The notes under the pieces: generated by a model | Seen by the model: the letters and a program-made list of their open reading frames with translations, nothing else | What the model was told of the DNA's origin: nothing | The model's database searches: none | Assembly: GCA_963758635.1 (NCBI GenBank) | Contig: CAVWWD010000005.1 | Coordinates: 320,001-384,000 of the forward strand | DNA: 64,000 nucleotides | Source: an uncultured Candidatus Rokubacteria bacterium | GTDB lineage: Bacteria; Methylomirabilota; Methylomirabilia; Rokubacteriales; CSP1-6 | Reading direction: 5' to 3' | Program-made: the position numbers and the translations under genes | Shown: in pieces, positions 56,102 through 64,000 of the stretch | Numbering within the stretch: the stretch's first letter is position 1 | Layout: each line of letters starts with the position of its first letter

Positions 56102-56280
56102 GCGCGGCCGTGACCGCCACGACGCGCCGCCGCGCCCTCGGCCTCGCGGCCGCGGGCTTCGCCGTCGTCACCCACGCGCATCCGGCGTCGGCCCAGCTCG
56201 ACCGCTTCCTCAAGGGCCTGACCGGCGGCGGCCTGTCCGACGCCAAGATCGGCTCCGGGCTCAAAGTCTTCTCGAAGTAG
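56098..56280 (+). pseudogene. Internally deleted DUF4197-like protein with Tat-like signal
   Basis: TTRRRALG...AQLDRFLKGL.GGGLSDAKIGSGLK followed immediately by VFSK-stop. Confidence 0.6.
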
Positions 56281-56368
56281 CTCGGAGCGGGGCTGTGCCC
56301 CCTCCCCTGCGGCGGTCGTCGGTCGCCGCGCGGGGTGACGATCGCGCACGGTACAATCCACTGCGCCC

Positions 56369-57073
56369 ATGGCTCCGCCCGCCGTCGAGTTGCGCCGCCT
56401 CACCAAGGTCTACCGGGAGGGCGAGAGCGAGCGGCTGGTGTTCCGGGACGTGGACGCGGTCATCCACACCGGCGAGATCGTGGTCCTGCTCGGCCGTAGC
56501 GGATCCGGCAAGTCCACCCTTCTGAACCTCGTGAGCGGCATCGACCTGCCCACCTCGGGCACGGTGCTCGTCGACGGCGTGGATCTCGGCGCGCTGTCCG
56601 ACGCCGCGCGCACCCGGCTGCGGCGCCGGCACATCGGGTTCGTGTTCCAGTCGTTCAACCTGATTCCCCTCCTCACCGTCGAGGAGAACCTGCTGCTGCC
56701 GCTCGAGCTGAACGGCCGCGCCGACGCCGCGGGCCGCGCCCGCGCCCACGACCTCCTGGCCCGCGTGGGCCTGGCCGACCGCGCGGCCAGCTTTCCCGAC
56801 CGGCTCTCGGGCGGTGAACAGCAGCGGCTCGCGGTGGCGCGCGCGCTGGCCCACGACCCCCCGCTGATCCTCGCCGACGAGCCCACCGGCAACCTCGACG
56901 CCGAGGCCGCCGCCCAGGTGCTGGACCTGCTGGACGGCCTCGCGCGCGAGCGCGGCAAGACGCTCGTGATGGTCACTCATGGGCGGGAGGTCGTCGGCGC
57001 CGCCGACCGCGTCTTCACCGTCCAGCACGGGCGTCTGGTGGAGCAGCCGCGGGCGCCGTCGGGCGGCCGATGA
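56369..57073 (+). CDS. ABC ATP-binding protein (LolD/AttE-like)
   Basis: [26 protein letters not shown]. Confidence 0.9.
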   Translation: MAPPAVELRRLTKVYREGESERLVFRDVDAVIHTGEIVVLLGRSGSGKSTLLNLVSGIDLPTSGTVLVDGVDLGALSDAARTRLRRRHIGFVFQSFNLIPLLTVEENLLLPLELNGRADAAGRARAHDLLARVGLADRAASFPDRLSGGEQQRLAVARALAHDPPLILADEPTGNLDAEAAAQVLDLLDGLARERGKTLVMVTHGREVVGAADRVFTVQHGRLVEQPRAPSGGR

Positions 57074-59613
57074 TCCTCGGGCGGGCGAGCCAGCGCCACA
57101 TCGCGCGCCATCCGTGGCAGTTCGCCCTGGCCGTGCTGGGCATCGCGCTCGGCGTGGCGGTGACCGTGGCCATCGACCTCGCCAACGGCAGCGCCCGTCG
57201 CGCCTTCGAGCTCGCCACGGAGGCAGTCACCGGACGCGCCACCGACCAGATCGTTGGCGGCCCGTCGGGCGTGGCCGATGCCGTGTACGTGGACCTGCGC
57301 CTCCGGCTTCAGGTGCGCCTCGCCGCGCCGGTCGTGTCGAGCAACGTCACGGCGCCCGGGCGGCCCGGCGTGGTGCTGCACCTGCTGGGCGTCGATCCGA
57401 TCGCCGAGACGCCATTCCGCCCGTACCTGGAGCGCGGGGGCGGAGGCACGCCGCTCACCGCCCTCGGCGAAGTGCTCACCACGCCCGGCGCGGCGCTGAT
57501 GACCCGCGCGATGGGCGCGCGGCTCGGTCTCACCCTGGGCGACCGCCTGCCGATCCGCGTCGCCGGCGCCACGCGCGCCCTGCTCGTCGCGGGATGGATC
57601 GACCCGGAGGACGCGCTCTCGGCCCGCGCGCTCGAGCACGTCGTCGTCGTGGACGTGGCATCGGCCCAGGAGCTCTCGGGCACGCCAGGACGGCTGACCC
57701 GCATCGACCTCCTCCTGCCCGCCGGGCCGGCCGGCGAGGCGCTTCGCGCGCGGATCGCCGCCCGGCTGCCCGCGGGCGTGGAGATCACGCCGGCGGGCGC
57801 CCGCGCCGACTCGGCGGCGCGGCTCACGCGCGCCTTCTCCCTCAATCTCGCCGCGCTGTCGCTCCTCGCCCTCGTCGTGGGCATGTTCCTCGTGTACAAC
57901 ACGATGACGTTCTCGGTCGTCCAGCGTCGCGCCCTCATCGGCACTCTCCGGGCGCTGGGCGTCACGCGCGCCGAGGTGTTCCGGCTGGTGGGCGCCGAGG
58001 CGCTGGTCGTCGGGCTGATCGGCACGGGGCTGGGCATGGTCCTGGGCCTGGCGCTCGCGCACACGCTGCTCGCGCTGGTGAGCCGCACCATCAACGACCT
58101 CTACTTCGTGCTCGCCGTCCGCGAGGTGTCGGTCACCGCCGCCGACCTCGCGCGCGGCGCCGCCCTCGGCATCGGCGCCACCGTGCTCGCCGCGCTCGCG
58201 CCCGCGCTCGAGGCCACGGGCGCACGGCCGCGCGCCGCGCTCCTCCGCTCCACGCTCGAGGCTCGCGCCCGCCGCGCCGTGCCGTGGGTGGCGGCGGCCG
58301 GCGTCGTCGTGCTCGCGCTCGGCGCGGCGGTCATGGCGGCGCCCACGGGGACGGCGGCGAGCCTCGGCGGGCTCTTCGCCGTGGTCCTGGGCTGCGCCCT
58401 CCTCACCCCGGCGGCGCTCCTGGTCCTGCTGCGCCCGATCGCCCTCGCCGCGGAGGCCAGCCTCGGCATCCTCGGCCGGCTCGCCACGCGCGGCATCGCC
58501 GCCGCGCTCAGCCGCACCGCGGTGGCCATCGCCGCGCTGATGGTCGCCGTGGCCGCCACCGTCGGGGTCGGCCTGATGATCGCGAGCTTCCGCGAGGCGG
58601 TGGCGCGCTGGCTCGAGGGCACCCTCCGCGCCAACGTCTACGTCTCTCCCCCGAGCCTGATCGGCAACCGGAGCGACGCGACGCTGCCGCCGGCGGTCCT
58701 CGATCGCCTGGTCCGCACCCCGGGCGTGGCCGGCGCCAGCACCACGCGCGCCGTGGTCGCGCCGAGCCCTCGCGGCCCGGTGAACGTCCTCGCCCTCGGC
58801 CTCGCCTCGGGTCGCCGGCCCGGCTTCCGGTTCCGCGACGCGCCCGCCGCGTCGGTGTGGGGCGCGTTCGACGCCGGCGACGTGGTCGTCTCCGAGCCCT
58901 TCGCCAACCGCCACGGGATCCGCGCCGGCGACACCGTGCGCCTCCGCACCGACCGAGGCGAGGAGGACTTCCGCGTGGCCGGCGTCTTCTACGACTACGG
59001 CTCGCCGGCCGGCGTGGTCGCCATGGCCCGCGCCACGTTCGAGCGGCACTGGGAGGACCGCGCCGTGTCCGGTCTCGCCCTCGAGGCCGCGCCCGGCCAG
59101 GACGTGCCCGCGCTCGTGGAGGCGCTGCGACGGGCCGCGGGCGGCGAGGAGCTCCTGATCCGCTCCAATCGCGGCCTGCGCGAGGCGTCGATGGCGATCT
59201 TCGATCGGACCTTCGCGATCACCTCGGTGCTCCGCCTGGCCATCGTCGCCGTGGCCTTCCTCGGCGTGGTGAGCGCGCTGATGGCGCTCGAGCTCGACCG
59301 GACGCGCGAGATGGCGACGCTGCGCGCCCTCGGCTGCGCGCCCGCGCAGGTCTGGCGGATCGTGACGGGCGAGACCGCGCTCATGGGCGCGCTCGCGGGG
59401 CTCCTCGCGCTGCCCGTGGGCATCGGGCTCGCCGCCGCCCTCATCCACGTCGTGAACCGCCGGTCCTTCGGCTGGACCATGCCGCTCGACCTCTCGCCGC
59501 GCGTGCTCCTCGAGGGCCTGGGCATCGCGGTGGCCGCCGCCGTGCTCGCCGGCCTCTACCCCGCGTGGCGCATGGCGAGCGCGCCCGCCGCCGAGGCGCT
59601 CCGCGATGAGTAG
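57070..59613 (+). CDS. Duplicated FtsX-like ABC permease (AttFG-like)
   Basis: Two MacB/FtsX repeats; NRRSFGW motif; ends ALRDE. Confidence 0.88.
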   Translation: MILGRASQRHIARHPWQFALAVLGIALGVAVTVAIDLANGSARRAFELATEAVTGRATDQIVGGPSGVADAVYVDLRLRLQVRLAAPVVSSNVTAPGRPGVVLHLLGVDPIAETPFRPYLERGGGGTPLTALGEVLTTPGAALMTRAMGARLGLTLGDRLPIRVAGATRALLVAGWIDPEDALSARALEHVVVVDVASAQELSGTPGRLTRIDLLLPAGPAGEALRARIAARLPAGVEITPAGARADSAARLTRAFSLNLAALSLLALVVGMFLVYNTMTFSVVQRRALIGTLRALGVTRAEVFRLVGAEALVVGLIGTGLGMVLGLALAHTLLALVSRTINDLYFVLAVREVSVTAADLARGAALGIGATVLAALAPALEATGARPRAALLRSTLEARARRAVPWVAAAGVVVLALGAAVMAAPTGTAASLGGLFAVVLGCALLTPAALLVLLRPIALAAEASLGILGRLATRGIAAALSRTAVAIAALMVAVAATVGVGLMIASFREAVARWLEGTLRANVYVSPPSLIGNRSDATLPPAVLDRLVRTPGVAGASTTRAVVAPSPRGPVNVLALGLASGRRPGFRFRDAPAASVWGAFDAGDVVVSEPFANRHGIRAGDTVRLRTDRGEEDFRVAGVFYDYGSPAGVVAMARATFERHWEDRAVSGLALEAAPGQDVPALVEALRRAAGGEELLIRSNRGLREASMAIFDRTFAITSVLRLAIVAVAFLGVVSALMALELDRTREMATLRALGCAPAQVWRIVTGETALMGALAGLLALPVGIGLAAALIHVVNRRSFGWTMPLDLSPRVLLEGLGIAVAAAVLAGLYPAWRMASAPAAEALRDE

Positions 59614-60823
59614 CCGGCGCGCCGCCGCGCTCGCCGCGACCGTCGTCGCCATCGGCCTCATCGCCTTTCTCGCGCTGTCCGGCCCACCGACGCGCGCGCC
59701 GCGCGGAGGGATCCGCGCGAGCGTCTCGGTGGTCGAGGCCCTCGGCGCGGTCCCCGCGGGGTACGCGCGCGCCGAGGGCCCCCGCGAGTTCGCCTTCCCC
59801 GCGGACCACGGCCCGCATCCCGCGTTCCGCACCGAGTGGTGGTACTACACCGGCCATCTCCGGGCGCGCGATGGTCGGGAGTTCGGCTTCCAGCTCACCT
59901 TCTTCCGGACGGCGCTGACGCCCGCGCCGGCGCGGCGGGAATCGCCGTGGGCCGCGCACCAGCTCTACATGGCCCACTTCGCCCTCACCGACGTGCGCGG
60001 CGGCCGCTTCCTCGCCTTCGGCCGCTCCGGACGCGGCGCGCTCGGCCTGGCCGGCGCCCGCGCCGAGCCATTCCGGGTGTGGGTCGACGACTGGGCAGCC
60101 GAGGGCGAGCCGGGCCGCCCGCTGGCCACCGGTGACGCTCGCCTCGCCTCCGGCTCGGCTCGCACGGCAATGCGCCTGCGCGCCGCCGAGGCGGACGCCG
60201 GGATCGACCTCGCGCTGGACGCCACCCGGCCACCCGCATTCCCCGGCGAGCGGGGCTGGAGCCGCAAGGGGCCGGAGCCCGGCAACGCGTCGTTCTACTA
60301 CTCCCTCACCCGGTTGTCCGCGCGCGGCACCGTGCAGGCCGGCGCGGAGCGCGTGGAGGTCGAGGGGCAGGCGTGGATGGACCGGGAGTGGAGCTCGAAC
60401 GCGCTCGCCGCCGACCTCGTCGGCTGGGACTGGTTCGCGCTGCAGCTCGACGACGGCCGCGACCTGATGCTCTACCGGCTCCGGCGGCCCGACGGATCGG
60501 CGAGCCCGTGGAGCGGCGGGATCCTCGTCGACCCGGACGGACGCACGTCCACCCTCGGCGCCCAGGACGTCGTGGTCGACGTGACGCGCGCGTGGACCAG
60601 CCCGCGGTCCGGCGTCCGCTATCCCGCGGGGTGGCGGCTCCGCTGGGCGCCCGCCGATCTCACGCTGGATCTGACGCCGCGGGTCCCGGATCAAGAGCTG
60701 GACGTGGGCGTCCGCTACTGGGAGGGCGCGGTCACCGTGGCCGGCCGCCAGGCCGGCCGCGCGATCGCCGGCCTCGGCTACGTCGAGCTGGTCGGCTACG
60801 GCGAGCGGCGCCCGCGGCCCTGA
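59606..60823 (+). CDS. AttH/CrtC-like lipocalin-domain protein
   Basis: DHGPHPAFRTEWWYYTG, SFYYS, WMDREWS, GWDWF, YWEGAV, GYVEL.GY. Confidence 0.88.
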   Translation: MSSRRAAALAATVVAIGLIAFLALSGPPTRAPRGGIRASVSVVEALGAVPAGYARAEGPREFAFPADHGPHPAFRTEWWYYTGHLRARDGREFGFQLTFFRTALTPAPARRESPWAAHQLYMAHFALTDVRGGRFLAFGRSGRGALGLAGARAEPFRVWVDDWAAEGEPGRPLATGDARLASGSARTAMRLRAAEADAGIDLALDATRPPAFPGERGWSRKGPEPGNASFYYSLTRLSARGTVQAGAERVEVEGQAWMDREWSSNALAADLVGWDWFALQLDDGRDLMLYRLRRPDGSASPWSGGILVDPDGRTSTLGAQDVVVDVTRAWTSPRSGVRYPAGWRLRWAPADLTLDLTPRVPDQELDVGVRYWEGAVTVAGRQAGRAIAGLGYVELVGYGERRPRP

Positions 60824-60846
60824 CGGCCACGCGCGAACGTGGGGCG

Positions 60847-60930
60847 CTAGGAGCCTCGCAGAATACGGTAACCGCCACGGGCCTCTACAATCCTACCGCT
60901 CGGCAATCGTCTGATGCGCGGGGCTCATGA
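60847..60930 (+). mobile_element. Solo family-1 MITE-like element
   Basis: CTAGGAGCCTCGCAGAATACGGTAACCGCCACGGGCCTCTACAATCCTACCGCTCGGCAATCGTCTGATGCGCGGGGCTCATGA; its end carries the TGA of the Cld-family gene. Confidence 0.88.
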
Positions 60931-61662
60931 GGGAGCGCTTCCCTGGGCCGCGCGGCTCTGCCACGCCACGTGCCCGACGAAGAACGGCCCGAGGCGCTCG
61001 ATGTACTGCAACGTCTGGGTCGTCGCGCGCATGGCGTGGACGATGTGGGACAGCGGCTGCAGCTCCCGGCCGACCAGCCCGATCACGAAGTCGTTGTCGT
61101 GCTGATCGAGCCCGTGGCAGGCCAGCCGCACGTCGTGCGCGAGGTCCGCCTCGCCGTACGCCCGACCGATGGCCCCGTGCTCGCGCAGGATCGTCCCCTG
61201 CTCCGCCGCGGTCAGCCGCGCGAAGGTGCCCGAGCGGCGCAACGGATACCAGATCCCCCACGGCCACGCGGCGTTCAGCACGGTGCGGCGCGGCCGGTGG
61301 AGGAGCCAGTCGTCGAGGTCCGGCTCGTGCCCCGAGGCATACGTGCGCCCGAGCATGGTGAGCTCTGGCCGGTGGGTGAGCGCGGCGAACGGCTCAGCGT
61401 TGAGCAGCTCGCGGAGGCCGGAGAACAACGCGGCCGCGTCCGCGCCGAAAGCGAGCACGGCCACGCCGCGCGGGTCGTTCACGTCGGCGTAGAGGACGGC
61501 CTCGACCCCGCTCGCCTCTATCGCCGCCGCGAGCGGCTTCGGGTCGGGCGCGCCGGTGAAGGCCTGGAGCTGCATGTAGAGGCGGCGCGTCGAGGTCTTG
61601 CCTCCGGCGCCCCGCTCGCTCACGTCCACCTTCGGCGCGTCGCTTTCCGCAGGCGTGCTCAT
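60925..61662 (-). CDS. Chlorite dismutase/coproheme decarboxylase family heme protein
   Basis: WYPLRR, ILREHG.IGRAY, HGLD..DNDFVIG, GPFFVG. Confidence 0.8.
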   Translation of the reverse strand: MSTPAESDAPKVDVSERGAGGKTSTRRLYMQLQAFTGAPDPKPLAAAIEASGVEAVLYADVNDPRGVAVLAFGADAAALFSGLRELLNAEPFAALTHRPELTMLGRTYASGHEPDLDDWLLHRPRRTVLNAAWPWGIWYPLRRSGTFARLTAAEQGTILREHGAIGRAYGEADLAHDVRLACHGLDQHDNDFVIGLVGRELQPLSHIVHAMRATTQTLQYIERLGPFFVGHVAWQSRAAQGSAPS

Positions 61663-61681
61663 GGCGGCAAGGCTATCACGA

Positions 61682-61714
61682 GGTGCGGGCGCCCGGGCTT
61701 TGCCCGCCCGCACC
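61682..61714 (-). repeat. Family-3 REP-like hairpin, solo copy
   Basis: Reverse complement GGTGCGGGCGGGCAAAGCCCGGGCGCCCGCACC. Confidence 0.75.
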
Positions 61715-61771
61715 CTGCGGCCACAGAGGTCTGAGGACGAGGCCCGTTGCTGGTGCAAGCCCGTCCGTGTC

Positions 61772-62959
61772 CTAGCGGCGGGCGGTGTGGAGGCAGCCGC
61801 GGAGCGCGTCGGCGAGGCTGGCCACGTCGGGCTCGTTCACGAGCGTGGCGCCCTCGCACGCAATCTCGTGGACGCTCAGCCCGCCGCGGGCCAGGGCGGC
61901 CCAGCCGAGGTCCGAGGTGCCGTGGTGGCGCCCGTCGTGTCGCCGCCCCGGCACCAGGAGCGTGACCCGCCCCGGATACGGACGCGGCGCGTAGCGGGCG
62001 ATGGCTGCCTCGTGCCCGGCGGCGATGGCGCGCAGCTCGCGCTCGGCCGGCGAGTCGCCCGGCGCCGGCTCGCTCGGCGCGCGCGGCGGCGCCGCCAGAC
62101 GCTCGTGGGCCCGCCCCGCCGCGTAGGCCGCGCGCGTGAGGACGAAGCCGGCCCGGTGCTCGCGCGGCGCGTGCGCGATCGTGTCCAGCTCGACCACGAC
62201 CCGCCGGGCCGCGCGCTGCGCCCGCGCGAGCAGGCCGCGGGCCGCGTCCGGGCGCTCCGCCTCGACGAGGGCCAGGAGCGCCACCTGCTGGCCCGTGGCG
62301 TGGAGCTGGCAGGCGATCTCGTAGGCGAGAATGCCGCCGAAGCAGTAGCCCGCGACGTGGTATGGCCCCGCGGGCTGGAGCCCGCGGATCGCCTCGACGT
62401 AGCGCCCCGCGATGTCCTCGATGCGGTCCAGCCGAGAGCGGAGGTGGCTCGCCTCCGGCCGGAGCCCATAGACGGGCTGCTCCGTCCCCAGGCGCCGGGC
62501 CAGGGCCTGATAGCAGAAGATCTGCCCGCTGTGCTGGTGGACGCAGAAGAGCGGTAGGGAGGCGCCCGCGGGCTGGATGGGGACCAGCGCCGACGGGATC
62601 TCACGCGGCTGCCTCAGGAGGTTCGCAAGCGCCTCCACGTTCGGCGCCTGCAGGATCGTGGTCAGGGGCAGCTCGCGGCCGAAGGTCCGCCAGACGCCGG
62701 CGAACAGCCGCACGGCCAGGAGCGAATGCCCGCCCAGGTCGAAGAAGTTGTCACGGATGCCCACCGGCCGGACGGCGAGCGCTTCCTCCCAGATCGCGGC
62801 GAGCTTGGACTCGACCTCGTCGCGGGGCGCCGTCGCGGCCTGCCGGCCGGGCGGCGGCGCCGGCAGGGCGCCCCCGCCGGGCGGGCGCTCGGCGAGGAGG
62901 GCACGGACCAGCGCCCGCCGGTCGGACGACCAGCCGAGCACGCCGTTGACGCCGCTCAC
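61772..62959 (-). CDS. Stand-alone carrier protein-thioesterase didomain (NRPS/PKS-type)
   Basis: DNFFDLGGHSL (Ppant Ser), PLFCVH, GPYHVAGYCFGG, DLGW; GTGA overlap with the upstream gene. Confidence 0.85.
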   Translation of the reverse strand: MSGVNGVLGWSSDRRALVRALLAERPPGGGALPAPPPGRQAATAPRDEVESKLAAIWEEALAVRPVGIRDNFFDLGGHSLLAVRLFAGVWRTFGRELPLTTILQAPNVEALANLLRQPREIPSALVPIQPAGASLPLFCVHQHSGQIFCYQALARRLGTEQPVYGLRPEASHLRSRLDRIEDIAGRYVEAIRGLQPAGPYHVAGYCFGGILAYEIACQLHATGQQVALLALVEAERPDAARGLLARAQRAARRVVVELDTIAHAPREHRAGFVLTRAAYAAGRAHERLAAPPRAPSEPAPGDSPAERELRAIAAGHEAAIARYAPRPYPGRVTLLVPGRRHDGRHHGTSDLGWAALARGGLSVHEIACEGATLVNEPDVASLADALRGCLHTARR

Positions 62960-64000
62960 ACGCTCACCGCCAGCGGGTGGCCGTCCGCGCGCCACGCGCG
63001 GGCCAGGTCCACCATGTCCGGCCACCAGCAGAGGAGCTCGCCGAACTGCCGCACCAGCTCGCGCGAGAGGGCCCGTGCGTCCTCGGGAGAGCGGCCGTCC
63101 AGGAGGTCCAGGGGCGTCAGGTAGTCGGGCCGGGTCAGGGCCTGCGCGAGGAGGTCGAGATAGCGCCGTACGTCGTCGGCCCAGAACGCGGGCTCGCTCT
63201 CGTGGGCGTCGAGCGCGGCCTCGGCGGCGGCGGCGAAGCCGCGGGTCGCCCGCACGTGCTGCTCGAGCACGTAGTGCTCGAAATCCGCGAGACGCAGCTC
63301 GCCGATCTCGCGCAGGTGGCCGCCCAGGGCGCGCTGCCGCTGCCGCTCGTCGCCCGCCACGCGGGCGCCGTCCCACCCGTGCAGGCAGGCGAGAATCAGC
63401 TTGCCGCTGTCGAACCCGCTGGCGGAGCGGAAGATCTCCCCGGGCCAGAAGCGGCGCATTTCGGCGGGCGCGTGCAGCAGCGTCCACGGCAGGTGGCCGA
63501 TGAAGCTCCCGGGCACGCACATCCACACCATGCTCGTGAAGATCACGTCGTGGGCGCGGCCCAGAGGCACGCGCGGCGGCAGGACCACGCGGTTGTCCAC
63601 CGCCATGAACGTCGACATCCCGAACGTGTCGTCGGACAGCGTCGGGCGCGGGACGACGCGCGCCATCTCGCGGCTCGCGCACGTCTCGCGATAGGACGCC
63701 TCCGATCCGACGAGCCGCCGGTGGGAGGCGTCCGGCATCAGGAGGTAGCCCATGGGGGCGCGCCAGAACCCGAAGGGCGCGCCCCACGCGCAGTCACCGA
63801 GGAGCCCGTGGAAGGTGGCGCGGACCACGCCCCCGCCGCGCTCGAGCCGCTCGACCACCGCCGAATCGGCGCCGTCCACGTGGAGGTCCGCCACGCCGCG
63901 CGCGATGTCGGCCACCCGGCGCCCGAGGAGCTCCTCGTGGAGCGCGAGCACGTCCCGCGTCTCGCGCGGCGTGTGCGCCTCGGCGGCCGCCCGGTCCGGG
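62956..64000 (-). CDS. Hypothetical protein, 5'-truncated by the window edge, coupled to the T-TE gene
   Basis: Open frame to the window end with protein-like composition (GLLGDC.WGAPFG, DNRVVLPP..P.GR.HD). Confidence 0.65.
   Translation of the reverse strand, partial: PDRAAAEAHTPRETRDVLALHEELLGRRVADIARGVADLHVDGADSAVVERLERGGGVVRATFHGLLGDCAWGAPFGFWRAPMGYLLMPDASHRRLVGSEASYRETCASREMARVVPRPTLSDDTFGMSTFMAVDNRVVLPPRVPLGRAHDVIFTSMVWMCVPGSFIGHLPWTLLHAPAEMRRFWPGEIFRSASGFDSGKLILACLHGWDGARVAGDERQRQRALGGHLREIGELRLADFEHYVLEQHVRATRGFAAAAEAALDAHESEPAFWADDVRRYLDLLAQALTRPDYLTPLDLLDGRSPEDARALSRELVRQFGELLCWWPDMVDLARAWRADGHPLAVSV

Overview
Very GC-rich bacterial chromosomal segment. Gene content and style suggest Candidatus Rokubacteria/Methylomirabilota, which is an inference only. 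It carries about 57 mostly housekeeping or metabolic genes: class II ribonucleotide reductase with an intein, TolC-MacA-MacB efflux, DNA repair genes, ABC transporters, corA, suhB, nadX, trxB, lutABC-glcDEF, korAB, LysR-gltBD, attEFGH-like genes, a Cld/ChdC-family gene and the end of an NRPS-like locus. Many single-base frameshifts, densest at about 34.3-44 kb, look like long-read consensus errors. No rRNA, tRNA, CRISPR or transposase was seen. Most notable observations: (1) an ~82-bp MITE-like element with terminal inverted repeats and CTAG-type ends, present as a 4-unit head-to-tail array inside the macA-macB operon plus 3 solo copies, two of which overlap stop codons; (2) a peroxiredoxin with in-frame UGA at the peroxidatic Cys position (likely selenoprotein); (3) a Gln-ending LAGLIDADG intein at the catalytic Cys of NrdJ; (4) an orphan divergent GroES-like protein; (5) several clean in-frame deletion scars; (6) two further small repeat families, one bracketing an MFS gene as inverted repeats; (7) a stand-alone carrier protein-thioesterase with a Cys nucleophile and no obvious catalytic His.
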